Assembly: GCA_035652435.1 (NCBI GenBank)
Contig: DASRDU010000083.1
Span: 3,402-67,401, forward strand
Reading direction: 5' to 3'
Source: Blastocatellia bacterium
GTDB taxonomy: Bacteria; Acidobacteriota; Blastocatellia; RBC074
DNA: 64,000 nt
Position numbers and translations under genes: made by a program. The notes beneath the pieces are model-generated. The model saw only the letters and a list, made by a program, of their open reading frames with translations. It was not told the DNA's origin and searched no databases. Positions 27,205 to 39,091 of the stretch are shown here, piece after piece; the stretch's first letter is position 1, and each line of letters opens with the position of its first letter.

Positions 27205-27443
27205 ATTGCGGCCTGGTTATCACAATTAAACTTACAGCCTGCTCCCCCGCCTGCCCCGGGGGGCAGCAGGATCGGCTGCAAAACTGAAAGCGATGGTGAT
27301 TGATAAGAAAGTCGCCGTCCGGGACATTGACGCCGCGGCACTGACCGCGAGGCTGCGCGGCCAGCACGCCGTAATGGAACCGCCCATGAGGCAGGCCCGC
27401 AACCGAATGATAACCACAATCCACGATTCAGAGGAATGATCAG

Positions 27444-29318
27444 ATGAGATACTTTGTCACCCTGCTCGCCCTGCTTCCGGCACTGGCCGTGATCGCTGAC
27501 CACACCACCCGGCCTGCCGCGCAACCGTCCCGCGCCGGCACTCCGAAACGATTTTCTTCCTGGGACCCGCAGGCCCGGGAACTGCTGGCGAAAATGACGC
27601 TGGAAGAGAAGATCGGACAGATGACTCAGGCCGAACTGACCGGCCTGAAAGACCCGGGCGACATCGCAAAGTACCACCTTGGGTCTGTCCTCAGCGGTGG
27701 CAATGCCGACCCGAAGGAAGGCAATACGCTGGCGGCCTGGACTGACGCTTACGACAGGTGCCAGTCGCAGGCGCTCAAGACTCGCCTGGCCATCCCGCTG
27801 CTCTACGGCGTGGACGCGGTCCACGGCCATAACAACGTCCTCAACGCGGTGATCTTCCCGCATAACATCGGCCTCGGCTGCACCCGCAACCCGGGCCTGA
27901 TCGAGAAGGCCGCGCGCGTCACGGCTGAAGAAGTCAAAGCGACCGGGATCAACTGGGCGTTCGCCCCCTGCGTGGCCGTCCCGCGTGATGAGAGGTGGGG
28001 CAGAACGTATGAAGGCTTTGGTGAAGCGCCGGAGCTGGCCCGCACGCTCGGCGAGGCCGCCGTCAGGGGCTTTCAGGGCAATGACCTCGGCGACCCGCCG
28101 AGCGTACTCGCCTGCGCCAAGCATTTTGCCGGCGACGGCGGAACGGCCTACGGGACCGGGGCGCCGAAGGGCAGATCAACCGAGCGCTGGCCGCTCGACC
28201 AGGGCGATACGCGGCTGACCGAGAAGGAGCTGCGGGAAATTCATCTGCAGGGTTACGTCACCGCGATCAGGGCCGGCGTGGGCACGATCATGCCTTCTTA
28301 CAACAGCTGGAACGGCGTGAAGTGTTCGGGCAGCAAGCGCCTGCTGACCGAGATCCTGAAGAATGAACTCGGCTTTGAAGGCTTCCTGATTTCGGATTAC
28401 AACGCGCTCGACCAGCTCCCCGGCGACAACAAGAGCCGCATTGAAACCTCGATCAATGCCGGGATGGATATGGTGATGGTGCCGGACAGGAACGCCGAAT
28501 TCTTCGACACACTGAAAGAGCTGGCGGGCGAAGGCCGGGTGCCGGTGTCGCGGATTGACGACGCCGTGATGCGAATCCTGCGCGTCAAGTTTGCGATGGG
28601 CCTGATGGACAGGAACAAATCTCCGCTGGCCGACCGCAGCCTGCACCAGACTTTCGGTTCCGCCGGCCATCGCGAGGTCGCCCGCGAGTGCGTGCGCCAG
28701 TCGCTGGTGCTGCTCAAAAACAATAAAAAGGTTCTGCCCTTGTCAAAGAAGCTCGCCCGCATTCACGTCGGCGGCAAAAGCGCGGACGATCTGGGCAATC
28801 AGTGCGGCGGCTGGACGATTGACTGGCAGGGGAAGAGTGGTGAGGTGACGACCGGCGGGACGACCATTCTGAAGGCCATTCAGAACGCCGTCTCGAAAGA
28901 CTCACGGGTGACTTTTTCGAGGGACGGAACCGGCGCCGGAGGGGCCGATGTCGGCGTCGTCGTGATCGGTGAGACGCCGTACGCCGAAATGTTCGGCGAC
29001 CGGACCGACCTGTCACTGGCAAAGGAGGATGTTGAAGCCGTCAGTAATATGAAGCAGGCCGGCATTCCCGTTGTCGTCATTCTGCTCTCAGGCCGCCCGC
29101 TGATCATCGGCGAAGCCCTGGACAAATGCGACGCGTTCATTGCCGCCTGGCTGCCCGGGACTGAGGGTCAGGGCGTGGCCGATGTCCTGTTCGGTGATTA
29201 CAAACCTGCCGGCAGGCTCTCTTTTTCGTGGCCGCGTTCGATGTCGCAGATCCCGATCAACGTCGGCGACCGACGGTATGATCCGCTCTTCAGGTATGGG
29301 TTCGGGCTGACTTACTGA
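27444..29318 (+). CDS. glycoside hydrolase family 3 (beta-glucosidase/BglX-like), secreted
   Basis: GAGGAA SD; signal peptide; [44 protein letters not shown] motifs. Confidence 0.9.
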   Translation: MRYFVTLLALLPALAVIADHTTRPAAQPSRAGTPKRFSSWDPQARELLAKMTLEEKIGQMTQAELTGLKDPGDIAKYHLGSVLSGGNADPKEGNTLAAWTDAYDRCQSQALKTRLAIPLLYGVDAVHGHNNVLNAVIFPHNIGLGCTRNPGLIEKAARVTAEEVKATGINWAFAPCVAVPRDERWGRTYEGFGEAPELARTLGEAAVRGFQGNDLGDPPSVLACAKHFAGDGGTAYGTGAPKGRSTERWPLDQGDTRLTEKELREIHLQGYVTAIRAGVGTIMPSYNSWNGVKCSGSKRLLTEILKNELGFEGFLISDYNALDQLPGDNKSRIETSINAGMDMVMVPDRNAEFFDTLKELAGEGRVPVSRIDDAVMRILRVKFAMGLMDRNKSPLADRSLHQTFGSAGHREVARECVRQSLVLLKNNKKVLPLSKKLARIHVGGKSADDLGNQCGGWTIDWQGKSGEVTTGGTTILKAIQNAVSKDSRVTFSRDGTGAGGADVGVVVIGETPYAEMFGDRTDLSLAKEDVEAVSNMKQAGIPVVVILLSGRPLIIGEALDKCDAFIAAWLPGTEGQGVADVLFGDYKPAGRLSFSWPRSMSQIPINVGDRRYDPLFRYGFGLTY

Positions 29319-29362
29319 AACCGCCGGGCTGAATCGAAATGCACGACAAAGGAGTCACGAAT

Positions 29363-30721
29363 ATGACCAGGGCCGGTTACTTTCTCCCTCAAACAATTCT
29401 CGTTATCCTGCTCGTCGCTGCGGCAGCGGCCGACGGCATCAGGTCCGCGCCTGACGGCTGGCGGCCGGCGGCCCCGCGCGATGAGATCCGCCCGCAGTTC
29501 GACTATCAGCCGAAAGGCGGGAAGGATGGCAAAGGCAGTCTCGTCATTACTGCCGACGGGCGCGAAGGGCTGGATGGTTACTGGATGAAAACCTTCGCGA
29601 TCACGGGCGGCAGACACTATCGCTTCCTCGCGCTGCGCCGGGTTGAGAACGTCGCCGCGCCCCGGCGCAGCGTCGTCGCGCGCGTCATCTGGCAGGACGA
29701 CAACGGCAGGCAGGTATTGCGCGATACGCCGGTCGTCAGCGGTTACCTGAAGGGAGCCCTGCCCGTCGCCGAACCTGAATACCCGACGGACAAAGCGACC
29801 GATGCCGACGGCTGGACGGAGGTTTCTGACGTTTATCAGGCGCCCGCGAAAGCGACGCACGCCGTAGTCGAATTGCACCTGCGCTGGGCTTCGCGCGCCA
29901 GAGTCGAATGGAGTTCGGTGTCGCTCGCCGAAACCCCGCCGCCGCCCGAACGCAGGGCGCGCCTCGCCGCCGTGCATTTCCGACCTGCAGGCGGGAAAAC
30001 GCCGATGGACAATTGCCAGCAGTTCGCGCCGCTCGTCGCCGAAGCCGCACGCCAGCGCGCCGATCTCGTGGTGCTGCCCGAAACGCTGACCTATTACGGC
30101 CTCGGCAAACCCTACGTTGACGTGGCCGAACCGATCCCCGGCCCTTCGACTGAATACTTCGGCGAGTTGGCCCGGAAGCACAACCTGTACATCGTCGCCG
30201 GACTGATCGAACGCGACCACCACCTGATTTACAACGTCGCGGTGATGCTCGGCCCTGACGGGAAGATCGTCGGGCGGTATCGCAAGGTCGCCCTGCCGCG
30301 CGGCGAGATCGAAGGCGGCATTACGCCCGGCAATGAATACCCGGTGTTTGAGACGCGCTTTGGCAAAGTAGGGATGATGGTCTGTTACGACGGCTTCTTC
30401 CCCGAAGTCGCGCGGCGGCTCGGCCAGAGCGGCGCCGAAGTGATCGCGTGGCCCGTGTGGGGCTGCAACCCGTTGCTCGCCTCGGCGCGGGCCTGCGAAA
30501 ATCACGTTTACCTGGTCAGCAGCACTTACGAGGATGTTTCGCGCAACTGGATGCTGACGGCGATTTACGATCACGACGGCAGGACGCTCGCGCAGGCCGA
30601 GAAATGGGGGACGGTCGTGGTGACGGAAGTTGACCTCAACCGGCGCCTGCACTGGGCCAGTCTGGGCGATTTCAAAGCCGAGATCCCAAGACACAGTCCG
30701 CCGGATCAGATGAATAAATGA
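29363..30721 (+). CDS. exported carbon-nitrogen hydrolase (nitrilase/amidase superfamily) with about 180-aa N-terminal beta-sandwich-like domain
   Basis: AAAGGAG SD; signal-like [25 protein letters not shown]; CN-hydrolase core RLAAVHF...DLVVLPE...YRKVALP...[11 protein letters not shown] (Glu, Lys, Cys triad positions). Confidence 0.8.
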   Translation: MTRAGYFLPQTILVILLVAAAAADGIRSAPDGWRPAAPRDEIRPQFDYQPKGGKDGKGSLVITADGREGLDGYWMKTFAITGGRHYRFLALRRVENVAAPRRSVVARVIWQDDNGRQVLRDTPVVSGYLKGALPVAEPEYPTDKATDADGWTEVSDVYQAPAKATHAVVELHLRWASRARVEWSSVSLAETPPPPERRARLAAVHFRPAGGKTPMDNCQQFAPLVAEAARQRADLVVLPETLTYYGLGKPYVDVAEPIPGPSTEYFGELARKHNLYIVAGLIERDHHLIYNVAVMLGPDGKIVGRYRKVALPRGEIEGGITPGNEYPVFETRFGKVGMMVCYDGFFPEVARRLGQSGAEVIAWPVWGCNPLLASARACENHVYLVSSTYEDVSRNWMLTAIYDHDGRTLAQAEKWGTVVVTEVDLNRRLHWASLGDFKAEIPRHSPPDQMNK

Positions 30722-30770
30722 GCAGAGCGATTGTATTCGCAAAGCAACGTCACAGGCGGGTGCCGGCGCA

Positions 30771-31772
30771 ATGAGGAAACGTGCTTACCTGATCACCATC
30801 CTCTCACTGCTGGCCGGGCTGGCGCTCTTCGTTTACGTCATCCGGCAGGCCGGGTCGCAGGAACTGCTGACCCGGGTGCGCTCAATCGGGCCGGGTTTTC
30901 TGTGGATCATCTTCATTTCCGGCCTGCGGCCCGCGGTGAGGGCCTGGGCGTGGCTGCGGTGCATGTCGGCGGCGGATCGGCGCGTCGGATTTTTCACGGT
31001 CTGGCGCGCGCGCCTGATCGGCGATGCAATTGGCAATCTGACGACGGCGGGGCCGCTGCTGGCCGAACCGGCGCGGCTGGTTTTTTTTAGCGGGCGGATG
31101 CCTTTCGCGCATGCGGCCTCGTCGCTCTCGGTGGAATTCCTGAGCTACTTCATTTCGTGCTGCGTGATGATGCTCGCGGGGGTGGGCGTGCTGCTCGCCA
31201 CTTTCGCGCTGAGCCCGTCGCTGCGCCAGGCGAGCCTGCTCGCACTCGGCGCGCTGCTGGTAATTCTGGTCGCGGTGATCGTAGTATTCAGCCGGCGGTG
31301 GTCGCCGGTGACGGCCCTGAGAAAACTGATCAGGCGCGTTATCGGGCGCCATCGCTTCGGTCATCAGATTGACCATCAGTTTCATCACCTGCACAAACTG
31401 GAAAAACACATCTTCGATTTTTACCGCCAGCGTCCGCGCGATTTCGCGGCGGTGTGTTTGTGCGAGGCGGGCTTCCACCTGCTCGGCGTGACGGAAATGT
31501 GGGTCATGCTGCGGCTGATCGGCGGGCAGCCCGGCTGGGTCGCGTCATTCATTTTTGAAGCGGTCAACCGGCTCATCAATTTTGCATTCGCCTTCGTGCC
31601 GGTGAAGGTCGGTGTAGATGAGGCCGGGACCGCGCTGCTTGCGCAGGCCCTCGGCTTCGGGGCGCTGGCCGGCGTGACGATGGCCGTTTATCGCAAGCTG
31701 CGGGTTCTGTTCTGGACTCTGCTCGGACTGATTTTTCTGGCACTGCCACATCGCAGACACGAAGTGAAATAA
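30771..31772 (+). CDS. integral membrane protein, lysylphosphatidylglycerol-synthase-TM-region-like (flippase-like, UPF0104)
   Basis: About 8 TM helices; overall similarity in topology and Arg-rich loops to PF03706-type proteins. Confidence 0.55.
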   Translation: MRKRAYLITILSLLAGLALFVYVIRQAGSQELLTRVRSIGPGFLWIIFISGLRPAVRAWAWLRCMSAADRRVGFFTVWRARLIGDAIGNLTTAGPLLAEPARLVFFSGRMPFAHAASSLSVEFLSYFISCCVMMLAGVGVLLATFALSPSLRQASLLALGALLVILVAVIVVFSRRWSPVTALRKLIRRVIGRHRFGHQIDHQFHHLHKLEKHIFDFYRQRPRDFAAVCLCEAGFHLLGVTEMWVMLRLIGGQPGWVASFIFEAVNRLINFAFAFVPVKVGVDEAGTALLAQALGFGALAGVTMAVYRKLRVLFWTLLGLIFLALPHRRHEVK

Positions 31773-31796
31773 GGCACCCTTCAGATAAATCTCCTG

Positions 31797-33425
31797 ATGG
31801 AGAGTGACTATTCACAATCAGACGCAATGCCCGGGATGGCGATCAGCCAGTCGCGGTCGCTCGTGATGCCGCTGCTCACCATTCTCTGTATCGCCGGCAT
31901 TGCCATCCTGATCATCAGCTTCAACGGCGGCATCGGCGTGGGCATTTCAAATCATGTCGGGCTGCTGCCCGTCGTGCGTCGGATACTCAACCCCGACTAC
32001 CTGCCCGGCGATTTCAACATCTCGTTGCGCATTTATCATCACCGCGTCTTTGCTTACCTGCTCGCCGGGCTGTCCTGGCTCGCGGGCGAAGAGCGCGGGA
32101 TCGTCTTTCTGCATCTCGTCGGGGCTGCGCTGTTGTCAGCGTCGCTCTGGTATCTGTGCCGCGTGCTGCGACTCCCGCTCACGGGTTATCTGGCCGCCGG
32201 GTTGTTTCTGGCGACCGGGTTCCTGTGGACGGGCTCGGGGCTCGAAGAGAACACCTTCGTCGGCAACACCGAAATCCAGCCGCCGCTCTTCGCCCACTCA
32301 TTCGTGCTGCTGGCGGCGGCCTTTTTATTACAGTCACGATACCGGCCCGCGGCCTTCTGCGCCGGGATGGCGGTGATATTCCACCTGCAGATCGGGGTGA
32401 TCTGCACGCTGATGATCGCGCCGTTTTATCTGGTCAGGCTGAAATCGTTCGGCGTTCGCGAAACCGTCAGGATCGCGGCGCTCTATCTGCTCCCGGCCTC
32501 GCCCGCGATCCTTCACCTGCTGGAGATGATGCGGCAGGGTCTGCTCAGGCCCGCTTCGAGCAGCTACTCACTGGCTTATTACATTGACTTCCGCCACCCT
32601 CACCATTTCGAACTGATGTCGGCAGCGCATGCCCTGTGGGTCGGCGGGTACGTGCTTGTGCAGGCGGCGGTGTGGTACTGGTTGCGGCGCACGAAGCGTG
32701 ATGAAGCACGGCTGGCCGGGGGGTTGCTCGTGATGAGCCTCACGCTGGTCGCGCTGGCGCTCGTCCATTTCACCGACTACTACATCATCAAAAACGACAA
32801 GATTGCCAACATCCAGTTCATTCGCCTGAGCCCGCTCGTCACGGTCTTCGGCGCGCTCTGCCTGATCCTGCTCGCGAACGTACTCGCGCGGCAGGGGCCC
32901 CGGCGCGGCGGCAGGGCGTGGCTCCCCGGCCTCGTCAACGCCTGCCTGATCCTGCTCGCCCTCGGCTGGGGCACTTACGCAACCGCCAGAGATCCTGATC
33001 GGGAGTTTCACCCCGGCGTGACGCGCTACTCCGAACGGAAGCAGGACTGGGTGAGGATCTGCAACTGGATCAAAGCCAATGGCCCGCGTGAGACGGTCTA
33101 TCTGACGCCCCCTGGGAACGACGGCTTCACCGCGCTGACAGACCGCTCGAACGTCGTGGAATTCAAGATCAACCCCGACGGGGCGCTTTACCTGACAGAA
33201 TGGTTCGAGAGGTTGAAAGACCTGACCGGCGGGAAGCTCGCGTCTGACCGCGGTCTCAAAAATCGCAAGCCGCTCAACAACGCCTACGCCGAACTCAGTG
33301 CCGAACAACTGATCGCGCTCGGTGCAAAGTACCACGCCGGTTACGCTGTGCTGCCGAAGGCGTCAAAAGTAAATTTTGAAACGCTCCACGAGAACAACGG
33401 ATTCCGACTCGTCAAATTGCCATGA
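31797..33425 (+). CDS. large polytopic membrane protein with about 150-aa C-terminal soluble domain; possible GT-C-fold glycosyltransferase
   Basis: About 10-12 TM helices with an acidic first extracytoplasmic loop (NPDYLPGDFN). No confident family assignment. Confidence 0.45.
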   Translation: MESDYSQSDAMPGMAISQSRSLVMPLLTILCIAGIAILIISFNGGIGVGISNHVGLLPVVRRILNPDYLPGDFNISLRIYHHRVFAYLLAGLSWLAGEERGIVFLHLVGAALLSASLWYLCRVLRLPLTGYLAAGLFLATGFLWTGSGLEENTFVGNTEIQPPLFAHSFVLLAAAFLLQSRYRPAAFCAGMAVIFHLQIGVICTLMIAPFYLVRLKSFGVRETVRIAALYLLPASPAILHLLEMMRQGLLRPASSSYSLAYYIDFRHPHHFELMSAAHALWVGGYVLVQAAVWYWLRRTKRDEARLAGGLLVMSLTLVALALVHFTDYYIIKNDKIANIQFIRLSPLVTVFGALCLILLANVLARQGPRRGGRAWLPGLVNACLILLALGWGTYATARDPDREFHPGVTRYSERKQDWVRICNWIKANGPRETVYLTPPGNDGFTALTDRSNVVEFKINPDGALYLTEWFERLKDLTGGKLASDRGLKNRKPLNNAYAELSAEQLIALGAKYHAGYAVLPKASKVNFETLHENNGFRLVKLP

Positions 33426-35059
33426 CCAGTAAGAAATTCCGGAACAGCTTAATCACTCTGCTGATCTGCTTCGTGACCCTGGCGCACGGGGTCGCTTACT
33501 CCCAGCACACGCCCGGCAACAGGCCCGAACGGGTCGAATGGTTCCGTGACCTTGGCTTCGGGATGTTCATCCACTGGAACGTTGACGGCACGCTCGGCGG
33601 GGTGATCAGTCATTCGATGGTCGGCGCTTCGGATGATTACCTGAAACGTTACGTCGAATTCCTGCCGCAGGTCTTCAACCCGCGCAAATACGACCCGGAA
33701 GACTGGGCCGCGCTGGCCAGGCTCGCCGGGATGCAATACGTCGTCTTCACGACCAAACACCACGCGGGCTTCTGCATGTTCGAGACGAAGACGACCGGCT
33801 TCAACGTCATGAACACGCCTTACGGCAGGGACATCACGAAGCAGCTGGTGAAAGCGTTCCGTGATCAGGGCATCGCCGTCGGCTTTTATTACTCGCCCGA
33901 TGATTTCCTGTGGCTCCTGAAAAACGACAAACCCATAGCGCGTGGCCCGCACCCGGGCGTGACGCCGCAGGAGAACCCGGGGCTGATGGATCACGACAAG
34001 GCGCAACTGCGCGAACTGCTGACAAATTACGGGCCGATTGACCTGATGTTTCTTGACGGCCCGGCTGACGGATTGCGCGAATACTGCTGGGAGCTGCAGC
34101 CGAACATCGTCGTCACGCGCGGCGCGATAGCCACGCCGGAGCAGCACATTCCGGGGCTGCCGCTCGAAGGCGCGTGGGAATCATGCCTGACGATGGGCAC
34201 CGAATGGCCCTACAAGCCGACGAACGAGACTTACAAGTCGGGGCAGGAACTGATCCGCATCCTGATCGAAACCCGGGCCAGGGGCGGCAACCTCCTGCTC
34301 AACGTCGGCCCGAAGCCTGATGGCGAGCTGCCGATTCAGCAGGAAGACCGGCTGCGCGAAGTCGCGCTCTGGATGTTCGTCAACCGCGAGGCGATTTACG
34401 ACGCACGGCCCTGGGTCGTGACCAATGAAGGCGGCGTCTGGTTCACGAAGAGAAAGAACGAAGACACCGTTTACGCCATCGTCACCGACGAATGGAAATT
34501 TGGCGAGCCGAAAACCATCACGCTCAAATCGGTCGAGGCCGCGAAGGAGAGCGCCATCACCGTCCTCGGCCAGACCGGCGAAATCCTCGAATACAAGCCA
34601 CAGGTCAGGCCGAGCCTGAAATGGCAGCAGACCGCCGAAGGTTTGCAGATCACCGCGTGGAAGGCCCACCGGCTTTACACCAACTATCAGTGGCCGAACC
34701 CGGTCGTCATCAAAATCACGCACGCGAAATCCGGCGTCACGCCGCCCAGAGTCGCCACGCTGGCCGGGTCGTGGAACGCCGAAAAGCGCGCTGCCGTGTT
34801 GCGGGGCAGGCTTGAAGACCTGGGCAGAGCCTCTTCAGTCCGGGTCGGCTTTCAGTACCGCATCAAACCTGAAGCCACCGAATTCAACGAACGAAAATGG
34901 CAGGAGGCCGGTCTCACCTTGGTCAACGCCGCCGGGGAATTTTCAACCGAAGTCACGGGCCTTGAGCCGGGCAGACAGTACGAATTCCGCACTGTCGTCA
35001 GACACCCGCTGCTGACTGCGAACGGCAAAGAGCAGACACTGGTCGTGCCCGGCAAATGA
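33422..35059 (+). CDS. alpha-L-fucosidase (GH29), secreted
   Basis: Signal peptide; WFRDLGFGMFIHWN, YVVFTTKHHAGFCMF, GFYYSPDDF GH29 motifs. Confidence 0.85.
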   Translation: MTSKKFRNSLITLLICFVTLAHGVAYSQHTPGNRPERVEWFRDLGFGMFIHWNVDGTLGGVISHSMVGASDDYLKRYVEFLPQVFNPRKYDPEDWAALARLAGMQYVVFTTKHHAGFCMFETKTTGFNVMNTPYGRDITKQLVKAFRDQGIAVGFYYSPDDFLWLLKNDKPIARGPHPGVTPQENPGLMDHDKAQLRELLTNYGPIDLMFLDGPADGLREYCWELQPNIVVTRGAIATPEQHIPGLPLEGAWESCLTMGTEWPYKPTNETYKSGQELIRILIETRARGGNLLLNVGPKPDGELPIQQEDRLREVALWMFVNREAIYDARPWVVTNEGGVWFTKRKNEDTVYAIVTDEWKFGEPKTITLKSVEAAKESAITVLGQTGEILEYKPQVRPSLKWQQTAEGLQITAWKAHRLYTNYQWPNPVVIKITHAKSGVTPPRVATLAGSWNAEKRAAVLRGRLEDLGRASSVRVGFQYRIKPEATEFNERKWQEAGLTLVNAAGEFSTEVTGLEPGRQYEFRTVVRHPLLTANGKEQTLVVPGK

Positions 35060-35090
35060 CGCCGCCGGCAATTTGATTTTCGGAGAAATC

Positions 35091-36280
<1,190 letters not shown>

Positions 36281-36284
<4 letters not shown>

Positions 36285-37708
36285 CAAGGAAATTGTTCCG
36301 ACATCTGACGACGCTTGTTCTGCTCGCATTGTTCTGCGGCCTGACGACTCCGCCCGCCACGGTTTCCGCCGCCGGGAAAAAGCCGAACATCATCTTCATC
36401 CACGCCGATGACCTTGGCTATGGCGACCTGAGTTGTTACGGTCAGCAGAAGTTTCGCACGCCGAACATTGACCGGATGGCGAATGAGGGTACGCGCTTCA
36501 CCGGGTATTACGCGGGCAGCACGGTCTGCGCGCCGTCGCGGGCGGCCCTCATGACCGGATTTCACACCGGCCACGCCTGGATTCGCGGCAACGGGGAAAT
36601 CCCGCTGCGCCCCGAAGATGTGACGGTGGCCGAGGTGTTGAAGACCGCCGGATACCGGACGGCGGTGATCGGCAAGTGGGGCCTCGGCACGACGGCGACC
36701 ACAGGGCGGCCCGACCGGCAGGGCTTTGATGAGTCGTTCGGCTTCCTCGACCACACGCACGCGCACCGGCAATACACGGGCCACCTGTGGAAGAACGGCG
36801 AAGTATTTCCGGTTGATCTGGAGAAGGATTACGCCGGCGACCTGTTCGCTCAGGCCGCACTGGATTTCATCGGCAGAAACAGCCGCCGCCCTTTCTTCCT
36901 CTATCTGGCTTTCACTGTGCCGCACGCCGAGTTGCGCGCGCCGGAAGATTCGATGAAAGAGTACCGGGGCAAATTCCCGGAAACGCCTTTCGTCAACGCC
37001 AGAGCCGACGCCGTGCCGACAATTCAACCCTCGCCCGAGCGCCTGCCGTCCATCGGCTACCGTTCGCAGCCGACGCCGCGCGCGGCCTTCGCCGCGATGA
37101 TCACGCGCATGGATCGCCATGTCGGAATAATTCTCGCGCGGCTGAAGGAACTGGGGATTGACGACAACACCATCGTCTTTTTCACGAGCGACAACGGCCC
37201 GCACAAGGAAGGCGGCGCCGACCCGGTCTTCTTCAACAGCAACGGCGGCCTGCGCGGCATCAAGCGCGATTTGTACGAAGGCGGCATCCGCGTGCCGATG
37301 GTCGTGCGCTGGCCCGGTCAGATAAAAGCGGGCAGAGTCAGCGATCAGGTCTGGGCTCACTGGGATTTTCTGCCGACCGCTGCCGAACTGGTCGGAGTGA
37401 AAGCGCCGGCGGGTATTGACGGTATTTCGATGCTGCCCGCCCTGCTGGGGAAGAAACAAAAGCAGCACGAGTTTCTGTATTGGGAGTTTTTCGAAAGGGG
37501 CTTTGACCAGGCCGTGCGGATGGGCGACTGGAAGGCCGTGCGTAACGGCGCGGATTCACCGCTCGAACTCTACGACCTCAAAGCTGATCGCGGCGAACAA
37601 AATAATGTCGCCGCAAAGTATCCCGAAATCGTGAAGCGGATCGAAGCTTATCTGAAAACTGCGCGCACCGAATCTGAACAATGGAAGGTCAAAAGGAAGG
37701 GCGAGTGA
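36281..37708 (+). CDS. sulfatase (arylsulfatase A family), secreted
   Basis: Signal peptide; PNIIFIHADDLGYGDL; CAPSRAALMTG (C-x-P-x-R formylglycine motif). Confidence 0.9.
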
Positions 37709-37716
37709 CTGGCAGG

Positions 37717-38919
37717 ATGATTATGAATCGGCGTTTTTTTATGGGCGCTCTGGCGGGCACGACGGCGGCGGCGCTCATTGATCGGCACGCGGCAATCGCT
37801 GCGGCACTGCCGGCTGACAAGCTTGACCTCAAAAAGCACGAATACGCCCGCGTCATCCGTGCCGCCGACCGGGCGCTGGCCGAACGCCCGGGCAGCGTGA
37901 CCGCCTCGCGCAGCGAACGCAGCGCCGGCGGGCCGCACGATTTCTTTTCCGAAGGCGATTACTGGTGGCCCGACCCGAAGAACCCGGGCGGGCCTTACAT
38001 CCGCCGCGACGGGCAGATCAACCCGGACAACTTCAACGACCACCGCCAGGCGATGGTGAAGATGAGCCTCTGCGTGGCGTCACTCACCGCCGGCTGGGTG
38101 GTCAGCGGCGAGAAGCGTTACGCCGAACGTGCGGCGCAGCACCTGCGCGTCTTTTTCCTCGACGAAAAGACTTACATGGCCCCGCACCTGCTCTACGCGC
38201 AGGCCATCAAGGGCGTCACCAAAGGCCGCGGCATCGGCATCATTGATACGATCCACCTGGCCGAAGTCGCGCGGTCAATTCCCGCGCTCGGCAGATCGCG
38301 CGCGCTCAGCAAAGCCGATGAGCAGGGCCTGCATAAGTGGTTCGCCGAGTACCTGAAGTGGATTGACGCGCACCCGAACGGCGCTGAGGAGCGCGCGGCG
38401 AAGAACAATCACGGGAGCTGCTGGGTGATGCAGGCGGCGGCGTTCGCGCAACTGGTCGGTAACGAAAAGATGATTGAGCGCTGCCGCGAACTGTTCCGCA
38501 CGAAACTGATACCCGACCAGCTGACCGCCGACGGCAGCTTCCCGCTGGAACTGGCCCGCACGCGGCCATACAGCTATTCGCTTTTCAACCTCGACATCCT
38601 TGGCATCGCCTGCCAGATTCTCTCGACGCCGGGCGATGACCTGTGGGGGTTCACTTTGCCCGGCGGCGCGGGGTTGCGGCGCGCGTTCGAATTTCACTAC
38701 CCGTTCATCGCCGACAAATCGCGCTGGCCGTTTGCGAAAGACATCGAACATTTTGACCAGCTGCCGGTGCGGATGCCGTCGCTGCTGTTCGCCGGGATCG
38801 CATACAAAGAGCCGCGCTACATCGAACTGTGGAAGAAGCTGGAGGCTGATCCCGTTGACGCTGAAGTGATCCGCAACTTCCCCGTGCGTCAGCCCGTCCT
38901 GTGGGTCAACGCAACCTGA
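37717..38919 (+). CDS. alginate-lyase-family (PF05426-like) polysaccharide lyase with twin-arginine signal
   Basis: MIMNRRFFMGALAGTTAAALI TAT signal; alpha/alpha-toroid-like region (WVMQAAAFAQL) resembling alginate lyase/heparinase N-terminal domain. Confidence 0.6.
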   Translation: MIMNRRFFMGALAGTTAAALIDRHAAIAAALPADKLDLKKHEYARVIRAADRALAERPGSVTASRSERSAGGPHDFFSEGDYWWPDPKNPGGPYIRRDGQINPDNFNDHRQAMVKMSLCVASLTAGWVVSGEKRYAERAAQHLRVFFLDEKTYMAPHLLYAQAIKGVTKGRGIGIIDTIHLAEVARSIPALGRSRALSKADEQGLHKWFAEYLKWIDAHPNGAEERAAKNNHGSCWVMQAAAFAQLVGNEKMIERCRELFRTKLIPDQLTADGSFPLELARTRPYSYSLFNLDILGIACQILSTPGDDLWGFTLPGGAGLRRAFEFHYPFIADKSRWPFAKDIEHFDQLPVRMPSLLFAGIAYKEPRYIELWKKLEADPVDAEVIRNFPVRQPVLWVNAT

Positions 38920-38954
38920 TACTCTGAATTTAAGCCGGCCCCGAAGGAGAGAAA

Positions 38955-39077
38955 ATGGCGACCATGGAAGCGGATCGAGAAATATCACAGGGCCTGGCGC
39001 GCGCTGGCAAAATAACCGTAGTGGGATTCGAGCGACTGTTGCACAATATGCCCTTCAGTGAATCCGCTGACGGATAA
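38955..39077 (+). CDS. small ORF (40 aa) with strong Shine-Dalgarno
   Basis: AAGGAGAGAAAATG; MATMEADREISQGLARAGKITVVGFERLLHNMPFSESADG. The next gene follows at 14 nt, also with an AAAGGAG SD. Not in the ORF track (too short). Confidence 0.3.
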   Translation: MATMEADREISQGLARAGKITVVGFERLLHNMPFSESADG

Positions 39078-39091
39078 CCAAAGGAGTTCAC

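Noticed and set aside
27060-28124. 354-aa minus-strand ORF overlapping the K+ channel end and GH3 start
   Set aside because: Low-complexity Arg/Gly-rich translation, antisense to a clear GH3 gene.
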